Source: Deltaproteobacteria bacterium
GTDB lineage: Bacteria > Bdellovibrionota_C > UBA2361 > J135
Assembly: GCA_020635175.1 (NCBI GenBank)
Contig: JACKAH010000003.1
Location: forward strand, 67,190 to 131,189
Length of the DNA stretch: 64,000 bases
Reading direction: 5' to 3'
The notes under the pieces were generated by a model that ran no database searches, was not told the origin of the DNA, and saw only the letters and a list, made by a program, of their open reading frames with translations. Below, in pieces: positions 46,498 through 55,913 of the stretch (positions within the stretch are counted from its first letter, which is position 1; each line of letters opens with the position of its first letter). The position numbers were made by a program, and so were the translations under genes.

Positions 46498-47967
46498 ATG
46501 AGCGAAGCAGAAACCATAGAAGAGATCTTAAATAAGCTTCATCCTAGAGGCGATTATCCAACACCTAAAGCATTAGCAGAAAGCGTAAAAGTTTTAGTCA
46601 ACGACCCTCTAGCAACATTTAGAAAACCTGCTCATCTGATTCTTAACGATCCTATTCTGGCACTAAGGGCTATCTCTGTAACTAACAGTACAGTTTATTT
46701 GAGAAGCGCACCTAAGATTATCTTGTCGCAAGCCTTATCAAATGTCGGTTTAAAAAAGATACCTGAGATTGTTGGATCAACTTCAAGAGTAGATTCCTAC
46801 AGTAACTTTTTTGGGAATAGGGGTATCGGTGAGTACGCATTATATAGGGTTATCTATTCCTCATTTTTGGCAGCTGAGCTATCTAGATTTTTTATCTCAG
46901 ATCCACTTAGGGAAGAGTTCGCACGGATACTCTCTTCGTTAACAAATGTTGGATATCTGGCTACTGCTGTATATGCTCCGGAAATGATAAGCGCCTCACA
47001 CATGGCGAAGTATGAGACTCAGATTAGTTTTAGTGAGGCGTTTAAAAATTATTTAGGGGTAAGCCCGCAGGACTTTTCCAAAGAATTTTCTCGTTACTGT
47101 AACGTTCCTGGAGAGCTTGTTGCGGCAGTGCCGGTAGCATTTTCGATGCCGTGGAACCGTAGTAAGACCATGCATCAAGGGGAAAAGATTTCACCCTTTG
47201 TCGATGGGGTTGCAGCAGCAGTTGCTATATCGAATCGTTTAACAGGTATTATATTTGAACATTCATCAAGTGATTCTATCACAGAGTTTTTAGAGCATGT
47301 TAGTCGTCGTTGTTCAGTCGATATTGAGAATCTTCAGATCTCAATTGTAAAAGCCACTAGAAGATTGATTGAAGGCTTCTTGTCATTAGGATTAGAACCT
47401 TTCTATCTATGTGATTATCTTCATATGGGTTTAATCACGGATACGGATATTAATAACGAAACTATTAATGCCCAAGATATCTGGCCTCGTGTCCCAACTA
47501 AAGTAGGTTCGTTTGTAAATCAGATTAAGCCGATAGTACGTGGAACGTTTGAGGGTAATGAAGAATATCTAAATCATCTTTTGATGTACAATACGGTTTG
47601 CTGTCTGTACTCAGTTTTCGGAGCTGAGAGAGTTGCTTATTATGAATTTGAAGATGTTTTGAAATTGTATCCGAAGTATTATTTTGGAGAGAATTTAGAG
47701 TATAACTTAGATTCATATAGCGTGTTTCTTCAGAAAGTCGAGGGCGAGTATCATCCTGTTGCAAAGGTTTGCAAGCGCAAGGAGCCTGTTTTTAATGGAG
47801 AATCAATTTTGACAAACGAAGCAGGAATTTTAGCATTTCCTGTTATGTCGGCTGGAAATATGCGTGGTGTTATTTATGCCGAAAGAAACTTGCGTAGGTT
47901 TCCAACAGTTTCACCTGATGAACAGATATCTCTGACACTGCTGGCTGAGATGATGCGAGAATTGTAA
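46498..47967 (+). CDS. HDOD-domain signalling protein with a possible GAF-like C-terminal domain
   Basis: ILNDPILALRAISVTNSTVYL...LSQALSNVGLKKIPEIV fits the HDOD pattern; no HD-GYP, GGDEF or EAL motifs seen. Confidence 0.6.
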   Translation: MSEAETIEEILNKLHPRGDYPTPKALAESVKVLVNDPLATFRKPAHLILNDPILALRAISVTNSTVYLRSAPKIILSQALSNVGLKKIPEIVGSTSRVDSYSNFFGNRGIGEYALYRVIYSSFLAAELSRFFISDPLREEFARILSSLTNVGYLATAVYAPEMISASHMAKYETQISFSEAFKNYLGVSPQDFSKEFSRYCNVPGELVAAVPVAFSMPWNRSKTMHQGEKISPFVDGVAAAVAISNRLTGIIFEHSSSDSITEFLEHVSRRCSVDIENLQISIVKATRRLIEGFLSLGLEPFYLCDYLHMGLITDTDINNETINAQDIWPRVPTKVGSFVNQIKPIVRGTFEGNEEYLNHLLMYNTVCCLYSVFGAERVAYYEFEDVLKLYPKYYFGENLEYNLDSYSVFLQKVEGEYHPVAKVCKRKEPVFNGESILTNEAGILAFPVMSAGNMRGVIYAERNLRRFPTVSPDEQISLTLLAEMMREL

Positions 47968-47977
47968 CACTACTGAA

Positions 47978-49594
47978 CTAGAAGTTTTCAGTGAAGTGAA
48001 AGTATTCCTCAGGATCGATTACGGTACGATGTAGGTACCGTACATCTTTACTGGGGTGGTCAATATTGTAGTGCAGGCCTCTACTTTCTTTTCTAAGTAG
48101 GGCAGAACGAATCACTAAATCTGCAACTAGACTTAAGTTTCTAAGTTCAACTAGGTCTGAAGTGATTAAAAACTTCCAATAATATTCATCAATTTCTCTT
48201 TTAATCAGAGTGCTTCTTCTTAGAGCTCTTTCGAGGCGCTTATCACTTCTAACAATACCTACATAGTTCCACATGCAACGTCGAATTTCTTCCCAGTTTT
48301 GCGTAACAACTACCTGCTCATCACTCGGGATTGCATCACCAGTATCCCAATGTGGGATATCGTATTCTCTGGAAAGCTTAATATAGTTCTCTCTACAGTG
48401 TTGGGCTGCTCTATGAGAAAAGACGACAGCTTCAAGCAGGGAGTTTGAGGCTAAGCGATTCGCACCGTGTAATCCGGAAGACATAGCTTCTCCTGAAACG
48501 TATAGGTTCGTTATATTTGTGGCGCTGTTTTGGTCCGTTATGACTCCACCGCAGCAATAGTGCGCTGCAGGCACAACCGGGATAGGGTCTTTTGTGATAT
48601 CAAACCCAAAACTTAAACATCTTTCATAGATTGTAGGGAATCCAGATTTGAGATGCTCGGCAGGTAAGTGAGATACATCTAAGAGAACATGCTCTTCCCC
48701 GTGTGTCTTCATTTCAAAGTCTATAGCTCGCGCAACGACGTCTCGAGGAGCAAGCTCCTTTAGCTCATGATATTGATGCATGAACTCTTCGCCATTCTGT
48801 CGACGAAGTTTCCCACCTTCGCCTCGTAGGGCTTCGGTGATTAAAAATGACTTAGCTTTTGGATGGAATAGGCAGGTTGGATGGAATTGGAAAAACTCCA
48901 TATTAGCCACCGGAGCACCGGCTCTAAAACACATAGCGATACCATCACCAGAAGCTATATCTGGATTAGAGGTATAAAGATAAACCTTACCGGCACCACC
49001 TGATGCAACCATGGTGACACCAGCAACTATAGGCAGAACTTCACCTTTAGGATTTAAAACATATGCTCCAAGCGCTCTATTATTCTTGTCGCTCTCAATT
49101 CCTAGCTTATAGGTTGTAATTAGATCGATCGCATTATAGTTGACTTTAAATTCGATATTAGGATGGGCTTCGGCTCTTTCAAGAAGTGTTGTTTGAATTT
49201 CACGCCCTGTTGCATCAGCTGCGTGATAGATTCTTCTTTTAGAATGACCACCTTCTTGATGTAGGTCGTATTGAGAGTCGGCATTTTTTGATACATCGAA
49301 ATCAACACCAAGCTCGATTAGTTCTCTAACTCTTTGAGGGCCTTCAGTCACGACGATATCAACAATCTCAGGATCGCATAGTTCATCGCCAGCAACTCTT
49401 GTGTCTTGAGCATGTAGAGAAAAGTTATCATCAGGACTTGCAACAGCAGCGATTCCACCTTGGGCCCAGCTAGTGCTTGAGAGATTCATCTCTTTTTTGA
49501 ACAGGACACAAACGGTTCCTAGATCAGCGACTTTTAAGGCAAAACTTAAGCCGGCTAAACCTCCACCAATTACAAGGAAGTCGTATCTTTCCAT
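47978..49594 (-). CDS. nadB: L-aspartate oxidase
   Basis: DFLVIGGGLAGLS FAD motif, WAQGGIAA, RGEGG, GANRLASNSLLE. Confidence 0.94.
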   Translation of the reverse strand: MERYDFLVIGGGLAGLSFALKVADLGTVCVLFKKEMNLSSTSWAQGGIAAVASPDDNFSLHAQDTRVAGDELCDPEIVDIVVTEGPQRVRELIELGVDFDVSKNADSQYDLHQEGGHSKRRIYHAADATGREIQTTLLERAEAHPNIEFKVNYNAIDLITTYKLGIESDKNNRALGAYVLNPKGEVLPIVAGVTMVASGGAGKVYLYTSNPDIASGDGIAMCFRAGAPVANMEFFQFHPTCLFHPKAKSFLITEALRGEGGKLRRQNGEEFMHQYHELKELAPRDVVARAIDFEMKTHGEEHVLLDVSHLPAEHLKSGFPTIYERCLSFGFDITKDPIPVVPAAHYCCGGVITDQNSATNITNLYVSGEAMSSGLHGANRLASNSLLEAVVFSHRAAQHCRENYIKLSREYDIPHWDTGDAIPSDEQVVVTQNWEEIRRCMWNYVGIVRSDKRLERALRRSTLIKREIDEYYWKFLITSDLVELRNLSLVADLVIRSALLRKESRGLHYNIDHPSKDVRYLHRTVIDPEEYFHFTENF

Positions 49595-49687
49595 TGAGTT
49601 GCACCTAGAGTAGATTGGAATATTGTTAAAGCTACCAATCTAAGAGACAATATTAATGTTTTCAAAACCTAATTTCCAGTATTGGTG

Positions 49688-50284
49688 ATGAAAAAGCTGT
49701 TATTTTCTCAATCACTATTTGTCCTTCTACTAAGCCTGCCTGCATTTGCAGCTCCGATCTATGTGATAGAGCGTGCTGATGGTTCAGTGACGTTTACCTC
49801 TAGGAAGCCAGACAAAGAGAAATATTCAGTATTTAAACCTTATGAGGCTCGTTACTCGTATACGATTCGAGCTGATGGGGACAAGTTATTTCGTGACAAA
49901 TACCATCGGTTAATTACCTTTGAGGCTAAGCAGGTCGGTCTTGATCCTAACTTAGTTAAGGCTGTTATACATGCTGAGTCTTCGTTTAATCCTAAGGCGA
50001 AGTCAAAGAAGGGGGCGATGGGCTTAATGCAACTTATGCCTGAAACTGCGCGTATGTTAGGGGTGAAGCATCCTTACCTTCCAGAGCAGAATATCCAGGG
50101 AGGAGTTCAGTATCTCTCACAGCTGCTCGAGCGTTACCATGGCGATCTGCAATTGGGGCTTGCCGCGTACAATGCTGGCCCAAATGCTGTTGAGAAATAT
50201 AATGGAATTCCACCATATAAAGAAACACAGGACTATGTTAAAAAGGTGTTGAATCTGCATAGAGAATACAAACTACGCGGCTAG
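49688..50284 (+). CDS. Lytic transglycosylase (SLT domain), exported
   Basis: AESSFNPKAKSKKGAMGLMQLMP and AYNAGP motifs; signal peptide. I prefer ATG 49688 to the track start 49682. Confidence 0.85.
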   Translation: MKKLLFSQSLFVLLLSLPAFAAPIYVIERADGSVTFTSRKPDKEKYSVFKPYEARYSYTIRADGDKLFRDKYHRLITFEAKQVGLDPNLVKAVIHAESSFNPKAKSKKGAMGLMQLMPETARMLGVKHPYLPEQNIQGGVQYLSQLLERYHGDLQLGLAAYNAGPNAVEKYNGIPPYKETQDYVKKVLNLHREYKLRG

Positions 50285-50286
50285 AC

Positions 50287-50859
50287 ATGATGAAATCGAT
50301 TCCAAATTATCTTACATATTTAAGACTCGTTCTAATACCAATTTTCGTTTTTTTGATGGTCAATCCATCAGATGAGATGTTGTATGCAGCTACTGTTATC
50401 TTTGTGATTGCAGCAATCACAGACTATCTAGATGGGCTGATTGCCAGAAACTTAGATGCAGTAACGGAACTAGGAAAACTTTTAGACCCACTTGCAGATA
50501 AGATCTTAGTTATCTCAGCACTTGTAATGTTGGTTGCTCAGAGATCGGATGTTGATGGTGCTCCATGGGTTCCTGGCTGGATGGTTGCGCTTATATTGGC
50601 TAGAGAAGTTTGGGTTACTGGCTTAAGGGGTATCGCTGCAAACAGAGGTGTTGTAATCGCCGCAAGTAGTGGAGGAAAAGTTAAAAGTGCCCTGCAGCTA
50701 ATCGCGATTTCTTGCCTGTTATTGCATTATCCGATTGATGTCCTCGGGTTTAATATTGATTTTTCAATGGTAGGTATGAACCTTTTAATTCTATCAGTTG
50801 CTTTTTCCTTATGGTCTGCTGGTGAGTATACCTCCGAAGTTTTTAGTAAGAATCCTTAA
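50287..50859 (+). CDS. pgsA: CDP-diacylglycerol-glycerol-3-phosphate 3-phosphatidyltransferase
   Basis: CDP-alcohol phosphatidyltransferase motif DYLDGLIARN...G...DPLADK. Confidence 0.9.
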   Translation: MMKSIPNYLTYLRLVLIPIFVFLMVNPSDEMLYAATVIFVIAAITDYLDGLIARNLDAVTELGKLLDPLADKILVISALVMLVAQRSDVDGAPWVPGWMVALILAREVWVTGLRGIAANRGVVIAASSGGKVKSALQLIAISCLLLHYPIDVLGFNIDFSMVGMNLLILSVAFSLWSAGEYTSEVFSKNP

Positions 50860-52801
50860 TCGTAGAGTAGGACCGCTTTTCTGGTTTCTATTCTGGTTAG
50901 TTCTAAATACTTTCCCGATCTTTGTCTTTGCTTGGTCCAAACCAGAGAGAAGCATCTTTCGATTCTTAGATAAGCCAGTTGAACTTGCACTAGCCTGTGC
51001 TCAGGTGATTTTGCTCTCTTGTTTTGAATACGTAATTCTAGTTGTTCTTTTAAGCCTAGTTATCAAGTTTAAGAGCAAATTGGGATTGCTTGCTCTTAAG
51101 TTAGTGACGATCTGTTACGCGATTTTGCTAGCTTCTTCTTGGTGGATGTTTTTAAAGTATAAGGTCTTTCTTCAAGGTCAGGAACTTAATCTGCTAACGT
51201 ATCTGATTGATCCTGTTTCATTGTTTACTTACGTAAGTTTTAGGGATCTCAGTTTATTTCTATCGTTAACTTTACTATTTGTATTTGCCGTAAATATTTT
51301 CTTTAAGGAGATATGCAAAGTCGAGCCTAGGGTGGGGTTTAAAGCGATCGGGTTAATTCTTGTAGCTCAGGTAACGTTAATCACATTTCAAAAACTCTAT
51401 TTTGATAGAGATGCTCGTTTTGCGTATGTTCAGATCTTAGCAAATTCAACTACACCTCAAGCTGCTTTATTTGGCTTTCTCTTTGACAGAGAAGCATTTC
51501 GTGATTTTGAAACAGTCGAGCTGAATTTGGAACCTGTTAAGGACTTCCAAATTAAGAAGGATCTGACCAAAAAGAAGATTTTTATTTTTGTAGTTGAAGC
51601 GTTAAGAGCAGATCAGATCAAACCAGATATTTCTCCAAATATCTTCAAGCTTTCTAACTCGGGCCGCTCTTATAAAAGAGCGTATGCGCAAGCGCCAGAT
51701 ACAGAATCAAGCTTAATGACGATTCTAACAGGCCAATACCCATTAAAGCATTGGAAAAGACGTCAAGAAGGACTGCTTCCTAAGCTTTGGTTGTATGAAT
51801 TTTTTAATAGACTTGAGTACAAGACTGCACGACTAACAAGTTTTGATTGGAAGTCTATGCAGAAAACTTTTCCGATAGAAGCTTTTGACCTTTTCTCAGA
51901 TCCCGCAGTTGATGGGGCAGCTGCCAAGATTGAGGCTAAGCTTCGAGGCCAGTTTGGGATTGAACCAGCTACAAATCTTAGTCCGAATACAATTATTTCA
52001 AATTTCGATAGCTATAACTTTGACTTGCTCAAAAACTGGGCGCTAACAAATAGAAGCGAGGGTCTTTTTGCTACCTTCTATACATATTCCACCCATTTCC
52101 CTTATGTTGTTGCCCCTCATAGCAAGAGCGAACTTTTAGATAAAGACAAAACTCGAGAAACTTATTATTTCTCACGTGCTGAAAAGGATTATTACTTTAG
52201 TAGATACCAACATTCGATTCGGTACGTTGATTCTCTGATTGGGGAGTTCGTAGATTTTCTAAAGTCGAAAGAGTTATTAGATGACTCTATAATCATCATC
52301 ACAGGTGATCATGGTGAAGAATTTTATGAGCATGGTAGTAGTCTTCATGTAGGTCAGTTGCATGAAGAGATTACGCATGTTCCATTCGTAATTTTTGGAG
52401 CAAACGAAATCTGTGATTTTAAGTCTACTGAAGAGCTTGTCGGGCATGTAGATCTTGCGCCGACACTGTTTAGTTTTTTCAACTATGATAGTTATCCGGG
52501 GCATCAGGGACAAAGCCTCTGTGTAAATGACGATTCTGATCGCTTTCTGTTTGCCTCAAGTCAAGGATTTACGAGGGAGGACGCTGTTTTCTATCAGCAG
52601 TGGAAATATGTCAGAAATTACAGAGGTGAGGGGGTTAGGTTATTTAATCTAAAACGAGATCCACAAGAGTCATTAAACCTGATCAATACTGATAAAGAGA
52701 TGAGAGCTCTCTTAGATGATAAGCTTAAGAGTTATCGCAATAAGCAGTTATCCTACTATGCGGACTCAAACTATTCTCAATACTATCCACCAAAGTTTTA
52801 G
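50798..52801 (+). CDS. Membrane-anchored sulfatase / alkaline-phosphatase-superfamily protein (LTA-synthase or phosphoethanolamine-transferase-like)
   Basis: Multi-TM N-terminus plus VVEALRAD and ITGDHGEEFYEHG motifs. The track start overlaps pgsA by 62 nt, so the true start may be further downstream. Confidence 0.75.
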   Translation: MLFPYGLLVSIPPKFLVRILNRRVGPLFWFLFWLVLNTFPIFVFAWSKPERSIFRFLDKPVELALACAQVILLSCFEYVILVVLLSLVIKFKSKLGLLALKLVTICYAILLASSWWMFLKYKVFLQGQELNLLTYLIDPVSLFTYVSFRDLSLFLSLTLLFVFAVNIFFKEICKVEPRVGFKAIGLILVAQVTLITFQKLYFDRDARFAYVQILANSTTPQAALFGFLFDREAFRDFETVELNLEPVKDFQIKKDLTKKKIFIFVVEALRADQIKPDISPNIFKLSNSGRSYKRAYAQAPDTESSLMTILTGQYPLKHWKRRQEGLLPKLWLYEFFNRLEYKTARLTSFDWKSMQKTFPIEAFDLFSDPAVDGAAAKIEAKLRGQFGIEPATNLSPNTIISNFDSYNFDLLKNWALTNRSEGLFATFYTYSTHFPYVVAPHSKSELLDKDKTRETYYFSRAEKDYYFSRYQHSIRYVDSLIGEFVDFLKSKELLDDSIIIITGDHGEEFYEHGSSLHVGQLHEEITHVPFVIFGANEICDFKSTEELVGHVDLAPTLFSFFNYDSYPGHQGQSLCVNDDSDRFLFASSQGFTREDAVFYQQWKYVRNYRGEGVRLFNLKRDPQESLNLINTDKEMRALLDDKLKSYRNKQLSYYADSNYSQYYPPKF

Positions 52802-55593
52802 TGAAAGATTGAGTTAATCTTTTTTATCACAAATTGATTTGGATCAAGGTTTGTAATTGCACCGATCGCCTCTAGTGGCTTAACGGTAGCGTTGTTGCCA
52901 TCATGAAGTACGTCGAATTCTATCTGGTTATCATAGATTGAGAAGGAATCAATTGAGTCAGCAAGTGAGATAGATTTTGTTTTGCCTTTCTTCACTCGTT
53001 CAATTTTTCGTGATTTCCAATTATAGATCTCTTTATATAGGTCCTCACTATTTAAAGAGGAATCGCTGCTTAATGTCGCAAGATAGCTTTGTCTGCGCAG
53101 TCTGTGCTGAAGTGCTTTGTCTTTTAGCGGAACCTCTTCTGTTGCTAAGACCCGAATTCCAGAAGGCAGGGCAGCGTTTAATCGTTCCCCAAGCTCACTT
53201 GGGTCAAGTTTCTTGGTTAAAAATATATCAACAAACTCACACTCACTTTCTACTCCAAGCTGAAGTGGGGGGCCAAAGATAATTTTGGGTTTAGGTGAGA
53301 AGCCTCTACTAAAGGCAATAGGAACCTTTGCTTTTCTACAAGCTCTAAAGAATATGCTTGATAGTTCAAGGTGTCCTGTAAATTTAATCACCTCACGTTT
53401 GCTGTATTGAAGTCTTATCCTCTGTACCGTTGGAATCTCAGGCCTATTAAGAGGGTTACTTTCTTTGCCGATAGGTTTAACCTCTTTTAGTTCAACGTTC
53501 TCATGAATGTGAACAGGTTTATCAGGGCTTTGAAAGGGATAATCAATTCTTGATCTCTCCTCGCTGTAATCAAGAGAGCCTGATCCGAATTCCGGTTGTG
53601 CTAAATCCTCTTCAGGCAACTCCTCCAATAAGGGGACGCTGCCATTTTTCGCTGCAAATAAAATGGCAGCGTCCCCTTTTTGGGTGGCAACAGCATCTTG
53701 CTCTTTTTCAGATCTCTCTCTTGCTTCGATAATTGCTTCCCATGCCGGGTTTACAATATTTAAACGCGTTTCTGTGCGTTTCCTATCAAACAGTACATTT
53801 CGTTGTGAATCATAATCACATGCACCACAAGTTGAGCATGTTTGTGTCAGGCAATCAGGAGTGGTTCTGCTAGCAATTGCTCTTTGCCATTCCTTTAAAA
53901 AATAGCGCTTAGGAATATCGCAACTTACATGATCCCAAGGCAGTGTTTCCTCAGTGTTTCTTTCACGTAAGTAGTAATGTGGATCAATTCCAAATTCTTC
54001 AAAAGCCTGCTCCCAGGCCTCTTTGTTTATTTTTTCGACCCAGCCATCAAGTCTGCAGCCGAGTTCATAAGCTCGCTTAACAACAGGAGCAAGTCTTCTA
54101 TCGCCGCGTGCAAAAATCCCCTCAAGAAATGTTGAGTATGATTTATGGTATCTGAACTGAATTGGAGATTTCTTAAACGCACTATAGAGAATAGATTGTC
54201 TTCTGCGGGTTTCTGCTTCAGTTATCTGTTCTGCCCATTGAAAAGGGGTAAAAGGCTTTGGTACTAAGGTTGATACGCTAACAGTTACATACTGCTTAGG
54301 GCCACAGAGCTTGTTGACTCTTCGAGCGATATCAACAATTCCTAAGATGTCTTGATCGGTTTCAGTTGGTAGGCCGATCATAAAATACATCTTAATGTGT
54401 CCCCATCCGAGTCTGTAAACATTACGACTCATCTCAAGGATCTCTTCGTCGGTAACACCTTTGTTAATCACATCACGCAGACGTTGTGTTCCTGCTTCAG
54501 GTGCAACTGTAAAGCCAAGTCTACGGATGGTTTGCACCTCTTGCAGTAATTCAGGTTTAAGCGAATCGACTCTGGTTGAAGGAAAAGAGATCGCAAGCTC
54601 ATCTTCTTGGCAGTACTTTTCCTTAAGTGATCCAAGCAGAGGTAAGATACTGCAATAGTCAGCGGTGCTAAGTGATAAAAGGGAAAGCTCTTCGTAGCCT
54701 GTTGATCCCAGACTATCATCGATTATCTTCAAAAGGTCTTCAGGCTTGCGTTCTCTTTGTGGTCTGTAAAGATAACCAGCTTGGCAAAATCGACATCCAC
54801 GTACACAGCCTCGCATCACCTCTACACTTAAGCGGTCATGTACAGCTTGGATATTTGGAACAATAGGTTTTGTCGGATATGGAGCATCTTCTAAAGAGGG
54901 GACAAGTGCTCGTTGTACCCCTTGGTAGTCTTCAAGCTTAGACTTAACCCCAATAAAGTCGCCGTCACGATATTCAGGCTCAAACAGGGCAGGGATATAA
55001 ATTCCCTTTACCTTTGCTAGCGCTTGCAGGGTCTCTTTCTTGCTAAGTCCTTTATCTTTGCAGGTTCTGATACAGTTAATCATCTCGATTACTGCATATT
55101 CACCATCTCCCACTAGAAAGAGATCAAAGAAATCAGCAATCGGTTCTGGATGGTACGCATAGGGACCTCCACCGATTATCAAGGGGTCACTCTCTTTACG
55201 GTCTTTCGCGTAAAACTCTAGCCCAGCTAGATCTAATATTCCTAGCACTCCAGTTGCACAAAGTTCGTACTGAAGGCTAAACCCTAAGGCATCGAATTGG
55301 TTTAGTGGAGTTTTGCTCTCAAGGGAGTAGAGCGGAAGACCTTTCGTTCTTAAAAGTTCCTCCATATCCTTTAGTGGCACAAAGGCACGCTCGGCCCATG
55401 CCTTTGGATCGCGATTTATCACATCATAGAGGATCTGCATTCCGACGTGGCTCATGCCAACTTCGTATGTATCAGGAAATGTCAGACAGAATCGAAAATC
55501 AACTTCTCGTGGGTCTTTTACAACCGAGTTGATCTCACCACCAAGGTACTGTGCTGGTTTATTTACTTTTTTTAACTCTGATTCGTTGATCAT
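52798..55593 (-). CDS. B12-binding-like radical SAM protein fused to a DUF2344-type C-terminal domain
   Basis: CVRGCRFCQAG CxxxCxxC motif, N-terminal B12-binding-like domain, long linker, C-terminal domain beginning RIRLQYSKREVIKFTGHLE. Confidence 0.8.
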   Translation of the reverse strand: MINESELKKVNKPAQYLGGEINSVVKDPREVDFRFCLTFPDTYEVGMSHVGMQILYDVINRDPKAWAERAFVPLKDMEELLRTKGLPLYSLESKTPLNQFDALGFSLQYELCATGVLGILDLAGLEFYAKDRKESDPLIIGGGPYAYHPEPIADFFDLFLVGDGEYAVIEMINCIRTCKDKGLSKKETLQALAKVKGIYIPALFEPEYRDGDFIGVKSKLEDYQGVQRALVPSLEDAPYPTKPIVPNIQAVHDRLSVEVMRGCVRGCRFCQAGYLYRPQRERKPEDLLKIIDDSLGSTGYEELSLLSLSTADYCSILPLLGSLKEKYCQEDELAISFPSTRVDSLKPELLQEVQTIRRLGFTVAPEAGTQRLRDVINKGVTDEEILEMSRNVYRLGWGHIKMYFMIGLPTETDQDILGIVDIARRVNKLCGPKQYVTVSVSTLVPKPFTPFQWAEQITEAETRRRQSILYSAFKKSPIQFRYHKSYSTFLEGIFARGDRRLAPVVKRAYELGCRLDGWVEKINKEAWEQAFEEFGIDPHYYLRERNTEETLPWDHVSCDIPKRYFLKEWQRAIASRTTPDCLTQTCSTCGACDYDSQRNVLFDRKRTETRLNIVNPAWEAIIEARERSEKEQDAVATQKGDAAILFAAKNGSVPLLEELPEEDLAQPEFGSGSLDYSEERSRIDYPFQSPDKPVHIHENVELKEVKPIGKESNPLNRPEIPTVQRIRLQYSKREVIKFTGHLELSSIFFRACRKAKVPIAFSRGFSPKPKIIFGPPLQLGVESECEFVDIFLTKKLDPSELGERLNAALPSGIRVLATEEVPLKDKALQHRLRRQSYLATLSSDSSLNSEDLYKEIYNWKSRKIERVKKGKTKSISLADSIDSFSIYDNQIEFDVLHDGNNATVKPLEAIGAITNLDPNQFVIKKINSIFH

Positions 55594-55625
55594 CAGTCTT
55601 TTTGACTCTATTCAATGCGAACTTC

Positions 55626-55673
55626 CTGTCATCACGAGAAGTCCGTCATAGACGGACGACGTGGTGATCTGTT
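55626..55673 (+). repeat. Dispersed hairpin repeat, copy B
   Basis: ctgtcatcacgag-aagtccgtcatagacg-gacgacgtggtgatctgtt. Confidence 0.75.
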
Positions 55674-55699
55674 TATTTCAGAAAAACAATTAACATTCT

Positions 55700-55751
55700 A
55701 ACAGATTGCCACGGTCGCTTTCCCTTTGGGATAGCTCCCTCGCAATGACAG
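55700..55751 (-). repeat. Dispersed hairpin repeat, copy C (inverted, with compensatory stem variant)
   Basis: Reverse complement reads ctgtcattgcgag ... gaccgtggcaatctgtt. Confidence 0.7.
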
Positions 55752-55913
55752 GTACTTACCGGGGCAAACCACTGTTTAATTTCAAGCTTGAATATAGTAT
55801 AGTCAGGCACTTAAAGATTCAAGCTCAGGCTTATTTTAACTTACTTGAACTAAGTTTCTATATATGGAATCTTAGGTAGATTCGATAACGATTTTTGTCC
55901 TGATAGTGGTCCT

